The position numbers and the translations under genes were made by a program. DNA of 64,000 nt from the human T2T-CHM13v2.0 reference genome, Homo sapiens. The notes beneath the pieces are model-generated. The model made no database searches. It saw only the letters and a program-made list of their open reading frames with translations, and was not told where the DNA came from. Each line of letters begins with the position of its first letter. Within the stretch, counting starts at the first letter, position 1. The stretch lies in assembly GCF_009914755.1 (NCBI RefSeq), contig NC_060929.1, one strand, 5' to 3'. Shown one piece after another: positions 28,491 to 47,943 of the stretch.

Positions 28491-30756
28491 CTTCTTTTTT
28501 TATTATGTTTAATTGACATATAAATATACATATTTATGGGCTAGAGTATATTTCAATATATGTGTACAATGTGTAATGATAAGTCAGTGTAATTAGCATA
28601 ACCATCACCTCAAATATTTATCATTTCTCTGTGTTGGGAACATTCAAAATTCACTCTTGTAACTTTTCAAAAATATACAATAAATTGTTGTTAATGATAG
28701 TCACCCTATAGTGCTATAGAGCACTAGACCTTATTCCTCCTATTTAATTGTACTTTTATATCCATTAACTAACCTTTGGCTATTCTCCTCTCCCCTACCC
28801 TTCCCACCCCTCAGGAAAAACACTACTCTACTCTTTGCTTCTATGAGATCAACGTTTTTTAGCTTCCATGTATGAGAACATGTGGTATTTATCTTTCTGT
28901 GCCTGGCTTATTTCACTTAACATAGTGACCTTCAGTTTCATCCATGTTACTGTGAATGACAGGATTTCATTTTGTTTTATGGCTAAAGAGTATTCCATTG
29001 TGTATATATACCATATTTTCTTCATTCACCCACTGATGGACCCTTAAGTTGATTCTATATCTTGGGTATTGTGAATAGTACTGCAATAAATATGGGAGTG
29101 CACATATCTCCTTGATATACTGATTTCATTTCCTTTGCATATATACCCAGTAGCGGGATTGCTGGATCATATGGTAGTTCTATTTTTAGTTTTTTGAGGA
29201 GCCTTCATATTGTTTTCCACAATGGCTAGACTAATTTGCATTCTCACCAGTGGTGGATAAGAGTACCCCTTTCTCTACAACCTCGCCAGGATCTGTTATT
29301 TTTTAACTTTTTGATAATGGCCATTCTAACCGGGTTGAGATCATATCTCATCGTGGTTTTAAATTTGCATTCTCTCATGATTAGTGATGTTGAGCATTTT
29401 TAAAAATAAATCTACTAGCCATTTGTATTTCTTATTTTGAGAGGTGTCTATTCAGCTCATTTACCCATTTTAAACTGGATTATTTGGGGGGTTTTTCTGT
29501 TGAATTGTTTCAGTTCCTTATATATTCTGGATATTAATCCTTTGTTGAATGAAGAGTTAGCAAATATTTTCTCCCATTATGCAGGCTGTCTATTTGCTCT
29601 GTTGATTGTTTCCTTTGCTGTGCAGGAGATTTTAGCTTGATATAATCCCATTTGTCTATTTTTGCTTTTGTTGCCTGTGCCTTTGAGGTCTTCTCCATAA
29701 AATCTTTGCCCAGACCAATGTTCTGAAGCATTTCTCCTATGTTTTCTTTCAGGAGTTTCATAGCTTCAGGTCTTATATTTAAGTCATTAACCCATTTTGA
29801 GTTGATTTTTATATATGGTGAGAGATACAGGTTTGGTTTCATTTTTATGCATGTGGATATCCAATTTTCCCAGCACCATTTATTGAAAAGACTGTCTCTT
29901 CCTCAATAAATGTTCTTGGTGCCTTTGTCAAGGATCAGTAGGCTATACATACACGAATTTATTTCTAGGTTCTCTATTTTGTTCCATTGGTATATGAATC
30001 TGTATTTTACACAAGTAACATGCTGTATTGGTTACTATACCTTTATAGTATCTTTTGAAACCTGGCAGTGTGATGCCTCCAACTTTGTTCTTTTCATTCA
30101 GGATTGCTTTGGCTATAGGGTCTTTTGTGGGTGCATGTAAATTTTAGGATTTTTTAATTTCTGTTGAGAATGTTATTGGTATTTAGATAGGGATTGCATT
30201 GACTCTGTAGATTGCTTTTGGTAGTAAGATCATTTTCACAATATTTATTCTTCAAATCTATGAATATGAGATATCTTTTCATTTTTTGTGTGTTCTCTTC
30301 TGCTAGCTTGTTGCTGGCATATAGAAATGCTACTGATTTCTGTATGTTGATTCTGTATCCTGCAACTTTACTGAATTTGTTTATCAGTTGTAAGAGTTTT
30401 TTGGTAGAGCTTTTAGGGTTTTCTGTATATATGATGATATCATCTGCAAATAGGGACAATTTGACATCCTCCTTTCCATTTTGGAGGTCCTTTATTTCTT
30501 TCTATTGCCTGATTGCTCTGGCTAGGACTTCCATTACTCTGTTGAACAAAAGTGGTAAAAGTGAGCATCGTTGTCTTGTTTCAGATGTTAGGGGAAAGGC
30601 TGTCAACTTTTTCCCATTCAGTGCGATGTTTGCTATGGGCTTATGATATATGGCCTTTATTGTGTTGAGCTGTGGTCCTTCTATAACTAATTAGTTGAGT
30701 GTTTTGATTATGAAGCGATGTTGAATTGTATCAAATCCTTTTTATGTATCTATTGA

Positions 30757-31182
<426 letters not shown>

Positions 31183-32598
31183 TGAACGATCTTTTTAATG
31201 TGTTGCTGGATTCAGTTTGCTAGCATTTTGTTGAGGCTTTGTGTGTCTATGTTCATTGGGGATACTGGCCTAAAGTTTTCTTTTCTTGTTGTATCTCTGT
31301 CTAGTTTTGGTATCAACATAATGCTGGTCTTGTGGAATAAGTTTAGAAGAATTCCCTCCTCTTCAATTTTCTGGAAGAGTTTGAGAAGAATTTTTATTAG
31401 TTCTTTAAATGTTTTGTAGAATTCTGCAATGAAGTCATCAGGTCCTGGGCTTCTCTTCAATGGGAGACTTTTTATTACAAGATTCAATCTCATTACTTAT
31501 AATTGGTCTATTCAGGTTTTCTATTTCTTCTTGGTTCAATCATGGCACATTGCATGTATACATGAATTTATCCATTTCCACTAGATTTTCTAATTTGTTG
31601 GCATATAGTTGTTCATAATAGTCTCTCATGATCACTTGTATTTCTATGGTATCAGTTGCAATGTCTCCTTTTTTGTTGGTGATTTTATGTGGACCATTTA
31701 CATTCTTGATTCATCTAGCTAATTATTTGTCAGTTTTGTTAATCGTTTCAAAAACCAACTTTTAATTTCATCGATCTTTTGTATTATTTTTTAGCGTGAG
31801 TTTTTTTATTTTATTATTATTATTATTTTATTATTATTATACTTTAAGTTTTAGGGTACATGTGCACAATGTGCAGGTTAGTTACATATGTATACATGTG
31901 CCATGCTGTTGTGCTGCACCCATTAACTCGTCATTTAGCATTAGGTATATCTCCTAATGCTATCCTCCCCCCTCCCCCCACCCCACAACACTCCCCAGAG
32001 TGTGATGTTCCCCTTCCTGTGTCCATGTGTTCTCATTGTTCAATTCCCACCTATGAGTGAGAACATGCGGTGTTTGGTTTTTTGTCCTTGCGATAGTTTA
32101 CTGAGAATGATGATTTCCAATTTCATCCATGTCCGTACAAAGGACATGAACTCATCATTTTTTATGGCTGCATAGTATTCCATGGTGTATATGTGCCACA
32201 TTTTCTTAATCCAGTCTATCATTGTTGGACGTTTGGGTTGGTTCCAAGTCTTTGCTATTGTGAATAGTGCTGCAATAAACATACGTGTGCATGTGTCTTT
32301 ATAGCAGCATGATTTATAGTCCTTTGGGTATATACCCCGTAATGGGATGGCTGGGTCAAATGGTATTTCTAGTCTAGTTCTAGATCCCTGGGGAATCATC
32401 ACACTGACTTCCACAATGGTTGAACTAGTTTACAGTCCCACCAACAGTGCAAAAGTATTTCTATTTCTCCACATCCTCTCTAGCACCTGTTGTTTCCTGA
32501 CTTTTTAATGATTGCCATTCTAACTGGTGTGAGACGGTATCTCATTGTGGTTTTGATTTGCATTTCTCTGATGGCCAGTAATGATGAGCATTTTTTCA

Positions 32599-35878
<3,280 letters not shown>

Positions 35879-35979
35879 TTATTTTGCTCGTTAGTTGATG
35901 CAGTTTCTTCCTAGCCTCGATGGTCTTTACAATTTGGCATGATTTTGCAGCGGCTGGTACCGATTGTTCCTTTCCATGT

Positions 35980-36938
35980 TTAGTGCTTCAGGAGCTCTTT
36001 TAGGACAGGCCTGGTGGTGACAAAATCTCTCAGCATTTGCTTGTCTGTAAAGTATTTTATTTCTCCTTCACTTATGAAGCTTAGTTTGGCTGGATATGAA
36101 ATTCTGGGTTGAAAATTCTTTTCTTTAAGAATGTTGAATATTGGCCCCCACTCTCCTGTGGCTTGTAGAGTTTCTGCCAAGAGATCTGCTGTTAGTCTGA
36201 TGGGCTTCCCTTTGTGGGTAACCCGACCTTTCTCTCTGGCTGCCCTTAACATTTTTTCCTTCATTTCAACTTTGATGAATCTGACAATTATGTGTCTTGG
36301 AGTTGCTCTTCTCGAGGAGTATCTTTGTGGCATTTTCTGTATTTCCTGAATCTGAATGTTGGCCTGCCTTGCTAGATTGGGGAAGTTCTCCTGGATAATA
36401 TCCTGCAGAGTGTTTTCCAACTTGCTTCCATTCTCCCCGTCACTTTCAGGTACACCAATCAGACGTAGATTTGGTCTTTTCACATAGTCCCATATTTCTT
36501 GGAGGCTTTGTTCGTTTCTTTTTATTCTTTTTTCTCTAAACTTCCCTTCTCGCTTCATTTCATTCATTTCATCTTCCATCACTGATACCCTTTCTTCCAG
36601 TTGATTGCATCAGCTCCTGAGGCTTCTGCATTCTTCATGTAGTTCTCGAGCCTTGGCTTTCAGCTCCATCAGCTCCTTTAAGCACTTCTCTGTATTGGTT
36701 ATTCTAGTTATACATTCGTCTAAATTTTTTTCAAAGTTTTTAACTTCTTTGCCTTTGGTTTGAATTTCCTCCTGTAGCTCAGAGTAGTTTGATAGTCTGA
36801 AGCCTTCTTTTCTCAACTCGTCAAAGTAATTCTCCGTCCAGCTTTGTTCCGTTGCTGGTGTGGAACTGCGTTCCTTTGGAAGAGGAGAGGCGCTCTGTTT
36901 TTAGAGTTTCCAGTTTTTCTGCTCTGTTTTTTCCCCAT
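35980..36938 (-). pseudogene. L1 ORF1p, disrupted
   Basis: split into ORFs 36610-36816 and 35980-36582 (EQSLQEIWDYVKRPNLRLIGVPE..YPAKLSF). Confidence 0.92.
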
Positions 36939-37521
36939 CTTTGTGGCTTTATCTGCTTTTGGTCTTTGATGATGGTGATGTACAGATGGGTTTTTGGTGT
37001 GGATGTCCTTTCTGTTTGTTAGTTTTCCTTCTAACAGACAGGACCCTCAGCTGCAGGTCTGTTGGAGTTTGCTAGAGGTCCACTCCAGACCCTGTTTGCC
37101 TGGGTATCAGCAGCGGTGGCTGCAGAACAGCGGATTTTCGTGAACCATGAATGCTGCTGTCTGATCATTCCTCTGGAAGTTTTGTCTCAGAGGAGTACCC
37201 GGCCGTGTGAGGTGTCAGTCTGCCCCTACTGGGGGGTGCCTCCCGGTTAGGTTGCTCGGGGTTCAGGGATCAGGGACCCACTTGAGGAGGCAGTCTGCCC
37301 GTTCTCAGATCTCCAGCTGCGTGCTGGGAGAACCACTGCTCTCTTCAAAGCTGTCAGACAGGGATATTTAAGTCTGCAGATGTTACTGATGTCTTTTTGT
37401 TTGTCTGTGCCCTGCCCCCAGAGGTGGAGCCTACAGAGGCAGGCAGGCCTCCTTGAGCTGTGGTGGGCTCCACCAAGTTTGAGCTTCCTGGCTGCTTTGT
37501 TTACCTAAGCAAGCCTGGGCA

Positions 37522-38058
37522 ATGGTGGGTGCCCCTCCCCCAGCCTCGCTGCCGCCTTGCAGTTTGATCTCAGACTGCTGTGCTAGCAATCAGCGAAACT
37601 CTGTGGGCATAGGACCCTCTGAGCCAGGTGCGGGATATAATCTCCTAGTGTGCCGTTTTTTAAGCCCATTGGAAAAGTGCAGTATTAGGGTGGGAGTGAC
37701 CCAATTTTCCAGGTGCCGTCTGTCACCCCTTTCTTTGACTAGGAAAGGGAACTCCCTGACCCCTTGCACTTCCCGAGTGAGGCAATGCCTCGCCCTGCTT
37801 AGGCTTGCGCATGGTGCGCTGCACCCACTGTCCTGTGCCCACTGTCTTGCACTCCCTAGTGAGATGAATCCGGTACCTCAGAGGGAAATGCAGAAATCAC
37901 CCGTCTTCTGTGTCGCTCACGCTGGGAGCTGTAGACCGGAGCTGTTCCTATTCAGCCATCTTGGCTGCCAGATCTCCGTGAATTTTGTTTATTTCTGCTT
38001 TCATCATTATTTCTTTCCTTCTACTAATTTTGGATTTGGCTTGTTCTTGCTTTTCTAG
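37522..38058 (+). CDS. L1 antisense ORF0 homologue, extended to 178 aa and reading out of the element
   Basis: ATG start; MVGAPPPASLPPCSLISDCCASNQR matches the ORF0 N-terminus; no stop until 38058; expression unknown. Confidence 0.45.
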   Translation: MVGAPPPASLPPCSLISDCCASNQRNSVGIGPSEPGAGYNLLVCRFLSPLEKCSIRVGVTQFSRCRLSPLSLTRKGNSLTPCTSRVRQCLALLRLAHGALHPLSCAHCLALPSEMNPVPQREMQKSPVFCVAHAGSCRPELFLFSHLGCQISVNFVYFCFHHYFFPSTNFGFGLFLLF

Positions 38059-39959
38059 TTTCTTGAGATACATTGCTACGTTGCTTATTGGAAATCCTTC
38101 TACTTTTTGGATGTAGGCATCTATTGCTATACATTTTCCTCTTAACACTTCTTTTGCTGTATACCATAGGTTTTTGATATGCTGTATGTCTATTTTCATT
38201 TCTTTCAAGACATTTAACATTTTCCTTCTTAATTTCTTTATTGACCCATTGACCATTCAGGAACGTGTTTAACTTCCATTTCCATGTGTTTGTAAAATTT
38301 CAAAAGTTCCTCTTGTTATTGATTTCATTGTGGTCAGGAAAGATATTTGAGATCATTGCAGTTTGGTGGTTTTCTGCAGTAACAAGGTTTTCTCTTGTTT
38401 CTCTTTCTCCTTTGTGCATCTGCTCTACCAGCGAGTTTTACACTTGTGTGTGTTTTCATGAGAATGATTATCATCTTTTTTCTTCCAGATACAGGACTCC
38501 CTTGACTGTTTCTTGTAAAGCCAGTCTAGTGGTGATGAATTCCCTCAGTTTTTACTTGTCTGGGAGACTTTCTTTCTCTCTCATTTCTGAAGGGTAGATT
38601 TGCTGGGTATCGCATGCTTAGCTGACAATTTTTTTTTCTTTTGGTACTTTGAATACATCATCCACTTCTCTCCTGGCTTGTCAGGTTTCTGCAGAGAAAT
38701 ATGCTGTACCCTAGAATGGCAGAACACAGCTGTTATTTGGGCCCTGGAAGACAATGTGCAGCACAGCAATGACTCCACTCCCCAGAGTCAAGGGTATCTC
38801 AGCAGCTCAGACTTCAGGAGGCTAGTACAGCCCCAGGAAGGAAGGACACTAGAGCTGTTTGGCCTGCAGGATGGGGTGTCTCAGCTCAGCCACTGCTCTG
38901 TTTCCCTGGGACACAGGATACCATGTCAGCACAGCCCTGGGATTTGCAGCTATTCAGCTCAGCCAGGGTACAAATTCCCCAGAGGGTGATGTGTCATTTC
39001 GGCTTGAGTCCAACAGGTATGACTGCTCTGGGTGGACCAGGCACCATTTCCCTAGGATGCAGCGTGCTGCTTTGACTTAGGCATTGGAGGGGCATGATTT
39101 CTCTGAGCAGTCAAAGTACTGTTTTCCCAGGAATCAGGACACTGCTTCAGCTCTGGCCTGAGGAGGAAAGGGTGGTGGGAGGTGGAGCAGCTCCACCTCT
39201 GCTTGGCCCCACAGGGAAGCACAAAACAGTTGCTCGACTTGGGGATGTCAGGCCATTGGGCTGGGGCAGTTCAGCAATGGCTTAGCCTCAGGGATAAAAG
39301 AGAGCCATGCATACTTGCCCCCAGAGCAAGACACATCCAGCCATAGTTCCAACTCCAAGATGGCATAGCATGGTAGCTATGTGGGCCACAGGGTGTGGAT
39401 CATAGTATTGGCTCCTTCTCTGGGGGAAGCACGGACATGTGGACTTCAGGCAGCTCCCTCAGCTAGGCTTAGTGCCTGTGAGGATTGCAGGGGACCCCAG
39501 TGCTCAGGTCTGTAGGTATCCACGGTGTTGATGGGGCTGCTGGGATCCTTTTGTTTACCTCCTTGCAGTAGGGAAACGCTCCTCCTAGTTCATTCCCAGC
39601 TGCTTCCAATTGGGGTTAGGGTAATGGAGGCCTGGCATTTCTTCCCATTCTCTATGTGGCCATCCCAAGTTTCTGTGCTCACCAGGGTATCTGTTACTTC
39701 TCTTGTGCACCACTGTGCTCCTCCTCAGTTATTTTTGTTAAAATGAAGTTGTTTATTCATTGTTCTGGCTATCTTTTTGAGGGAGAATAGCACTAGGGTC
39801 TTCTAGTCTACCATCTTGCTGATGTCATGCTTCTTCAACTTCATTCTTCTGCATGTGGGTAGCCAGTTATCCCAGCACTATTTTTTTGAAAAGACTATTT
39901 TTTCCAATAGTCTTTTCAATAGTTCCAATGGAACTATCTTGGCACCCTTGTCAAAAATG

Positions 39960-40000
39960 CAATCTGATTTTAACCCACATCTAAGATTAAGAATCACTGC
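39960..40000. mobile_element. MER5B-like MITE, right part
   Basis: TGATTTTAA..CTAAGATTAAGAATCACTG matches the MER5 end TGATTCTAATGTGCAGCCAAGGTTGAGAACCACTG. Confidence 0.6.
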
Positions 40001-40649
40001 TCTCTGGCCTTGTTATAGAGGTCACCATATGTGATTACATGTTCTAAATTCTTGATTTTGTTCCTATAGAGCAAAAGATGGGTATCTAGCTTTTAGGACA
40101 CTTAGGTAAGAAGTCCATATATAATGATAACGGCTTCCCCTTGAAAACAAGTCCTGGTTTCCCAGAAAGTATCTTAAGAAATCTGTTGATAACTTTCTAT
40201 AATCAATATCTTAATATATGCCATATAGGGATATTAGTACCTTGAACACAAAGCTTTATCACAATGACACAATTTCTTCCACAAAGGTGTGTATACCAAA
40301 GTGGGTTGGAGAAAAAGTGTATGTTGTATGTTCATAACACAGTTTCAGCAATATCAACTCTTGTGATCACTTGTGATCTTGCAGAATAAACAGTGGCCCT
40401 ATCAGAACCATAAAATGGTTGTGGGGTTGATTATTGCTATACTATAATCATGTGTTAGCTTCTATCTTCTCTATGTCTCTCTCTACACACACACACATAT
40501 ATGCATGTATTCATTTTTAGGTAATGCTACAAATACTATAGTATTCCAGGACATCATACAGTTCCAAAGTTTCATTTCCATACAATCATCAGAAAATGAA
40601 CTTTCCTCCTGACCAATTTCTGAAGACATCACTCTCTCATAAGAAGTAT

Positions 40650-40800
40650 AGCATTGTCTTTGGGAGCAAAGCCTTTCAGGGTGTGCATCCCAACTCCAGA
40701 AATTACTGGCTATATAAACTTGGGTGTTGTTTTTCTCATCAGCAGAATCTAGATAAAAGTACCTATCTTACAGAGTTGTTATGAGAATTGCATGAGGCAA
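40650..40800 (+). mobile_element. MIR remnant
   Basis: TTTTCTCATC..GATAAAAGTACCTATCTTACAGAGTTGTTATGAGAATT. Confidence 0.65.
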
Positions 40801-41659
40801 CAAAAGCCCTTTTATTGTAAAATATAGATCCAGATTCTGCAGACATGGAAATAATATAACCTCAAAGACTATAATCTGGGACACAGACACAAGAATAATA
40901 TGAAGATAAAATGAAACATTAATATTCCTACCTATTCTTCTTGCTGGCAAGTGCTCCCTTTATGAAACACACTGGGGTAGATGTAATTTTAATTTCTAAG
41001 ACATTTTATGATGTTCTCTCCAATATGAGAGTCTCTTTTTGGAAAAATATCAGTGTCAATATAGTCAAGTCACACAGTCTACTCATTATAGACTGTATAT
41101 TAAAAAATACATATTGCAATCTGTTATCTAGGTATTTTCCTTATTTTTTGGTTTTGGTAGATGCTATAGTTTAGCTGCATGAGCAATACTGTCTTTATCA
41201 GATTGTTGATTTTATTTGTGAAATAAAAATCTCTAAATAATGACTGACGGTGTTAATGATAAATGGGTTTTCAATAATCACACAAGTTCATGAAATGTCC
41301 TGGTTTTACATGAATCAAGGTAATGGGTGTTTTTATTACAGCAAATACTTGGGCTCCAGGCTTATAGGAACAAAGCAGAGCTCTCTAATTAGCTTCTTTA
41401 AGGTAGGCACCCATGGGACAGTTCAAGGATTGCCACCGTACAATGTTTACCCCCATCCCAGCACATATTATTGGCTATGGCAGTAAGTAGACAAAGACCT
41501 ATGTAAAGAAAATAACAGAACTATCTTGTTTGCCATTTGCCACTTAGTGATGAAGACCTACCTCTAAACCGGTGAAGTTGGCAAGTTTTACCCATGCCTA
41601 TAACAACCAAACTAGTTATTTTGGGGTTTCATTTGTTTTGGCTAGGCTAGTTTGGATAA

Positions 41660-41880
41660 CAGTAGCTTGCACTGATAGAACATTTTTTATGTGCAACACA
41701 CCATTTAAAATACTTTACACGTATCATTTCATTCAACCTTCAACACTGTGAGGTAGAGACAAGCTTGGCATGGCATGGTTAAGTGACTTACACAATCATG
41801 TGGTTGAGCAGGTGACAGGACTGGGTTTGGAGCTCAGGCAGACTGACCCCCAAATCCCATCTCTAACCTTCTATGCTAAA
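41660..41880 (-). mobile_element. MIR remnant
   Basis: TACTTTACACGTATCATTTCATT..CAACACTGTGAGGTAG..GGTTAAGTGACTT..GGGTTTGGAGCTCAGGCAGACTGAC. Confidence 0.7.
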
Positions 41881-42569
41881 TTCTCTGCTCAGTAAAATGT
41901 ACACATGGCCTCAGTGTCTCCTTGAATGTATGGTGTTTCCATTCATTTGGTTTATTTTTAAGGCTCCATAAACAAATATCTCTATTAACTGCAAATGCTT
42001 CTATTAATAAAAGTTAAACATTTTTCTTCACCCTCTTCTCTTGAAAACTTATAAAGTAGTATATCATTGTCTCTGATGATATTTTCAGTATTCTGTTTGA
42101 ATTTACCCCAAATTTCACATTTGCTAGAGTATTTTTATTTACAAAAACAGGGCAAGGAGACAGCCACTGACCAGTGACCAGTTTCCAATATGCTATAAAT
42201 ATTTTCTAAAAGTCTACAGTTTCAGACACTGAGATCACAGCACTGTCCATTTATAAATAGTTTCCAGTTTTTGATTTTCATTTTCCTATTAGTTGAAGGG
42301 TGGGGCAACAAAACATTTCCCATAAATAAATGAAATGGTATTACATTCCATACTTCTTTTACCACTAACTGCTGACCATCTGTCATAAAAGACACACCCT
42401 GAAAGGCAGTATCAAATTTTTAGAAATAGCAATGACAATACTTTCTGAGAAGAAATTTTGAAGAAAAAAAATAACCCCAGTTACTAATGAAAACATTGAC
42501 CAACACATCCACAGGGTAATGTCCGACCTGTTAACCCTTTGGAAGCACCATCATCCTTGTTATCATCTT

Positions 42570-42820
42570 CACTCCCAGCTACCGAGTTCTTACAATGTTC
42601 CAGGCATGGTGCTAAATGTTTCAAACACACTCTCTCACTAAATCCTCACATAGGTGTCTACAGGATAGGTTGTTATTTGTTACATTTGTTACAGACAAAT
42701 GTAACTATTATTACATTTTACACAAGGAAATCAATGCTTAAAGATTGCACAAGTAATTAATGGAGGAGACAGGATTTAAACCAGATCTAATCAAAGAGTA
42801 CCGATTTTTAACCACTATCC
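42570..42820 (-). mobile_element. MIR remnant containing a hairpin insertion
   Basis: CCAGGCATGGTGCTAAATG..CTAAATCCTCACA..CATTTTACACAAGGAAA..GGATTTAAACCAGATCT. Confidence 0.65.
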
Positions 42821-43795
42821 CGGTGAAACTCCTTACAGGACTTATTTTCTTTGTTAAGGGTGTGTGTGTATGGGGGGCAGGTGATATTTGGTTTGTGTAA
42901 ATCCCATGCTTCCTGAAAAGCCATTTCAACATGCAAATATTACCATAAATTAAGAGTATAGGCACGGAAATTAGAAAATGTTGATGAAATTCAGTGAGGA
43001 AATATGTAAGTTGAATTCACTGGGTCTAGAGTTATATATGGAAAGATATTTTTCATATAGATTGTTATTAAGAAGGTTTATTAAGTTTTTTAAGTAGTCT
43101 AGAGAAAAAAGTAATCAAAAATCACTGAATCATACCCTTAATATAATCTTTTCCTATTCATTACTAAAAAATAATTGGTAGGACTTCTGGGTTAATTCAG
43201 GATAAACTTCAGGGACTAATATGCCTTTCTTCCAATTTCCATTTTAATATCCACGAAGAATTACAAAAAGATGAAAACTGGCAACAGCGTTGGAAACTAA
43301 AGAGAAGACCATATGCCAAAGTCCCAAGGGGATTTTCACTAATGCCAATGCTGAAGAGACGAACAACACATTCTTGGATTCTGCCATAAGAATCAAAACA
43401 TGATCCCAAAGAAAGTAGAAGAAGATGGATTTGCTTTGCCTCCATCGAATGATGGGACTCAGGGGCTATGCTAAACAAACAAAAAAAAAAGAGTGATGAT
43501 CTTCCATGAACTGTCCTTAGAGAGGCACCATTGTGCCTCCTCTCACCCCGAATGCTGGCTGCTTTCCTCTCTATGTCCACCCCCACAGCAAGCAGCAGAC
43601 TAACATGGAAGAGATCAGGCATGAGATGTAGCTTCCTGGAACATGGAACCACCTAACAAAACAATCTGAAACAACCTCAGAACACTCCATACTGTGAGTG
43701 TAGGATAGAAGCCCTTTTATCCAAAAGGTTGGGAAATTAGGGAATCAAATAATATAGCATTCCTTAAACATTTAGTTTGAACTTAAAAACATAGA

Positions 43796-47526
<3,731 letters not shown>

Positions 47527-47943
47527 AAAAAAATAGATAGTCACTTCATAGTCTTTGCATGCAGGGCTACTGACTGTTGTTCCTATCATCTTTATTTCAT
47601 AAACCATATCTATAATGTTTTATCTATAGTTTCTAGTGCTGTTTTTCTTAAAGTGGAATAAGAACCTAAGAACATGTGAATTTTTAGATTTTCATAGAAT
47701 AATGGTGGCCATCTAAATTTAAAATCCCTTCATACATTCTCTTTAAAAACCATATTGATAAAGAAAGAAAGTAATATCAACCAAAGCAGAAGCCTATGAC
47801 ACAAGCAGGAGACAAGGCCTATTTAAACCCTGGGTGAAGTGAGGAAACAACCCTCTGAGACCTGAAGAGTCAGGACTGGTACCCACCCAAGGGCAGAGTC
47901 AGGCTAGAATTATGCAAAAGAGGGTTAGGGGGTACAAGAGGAG

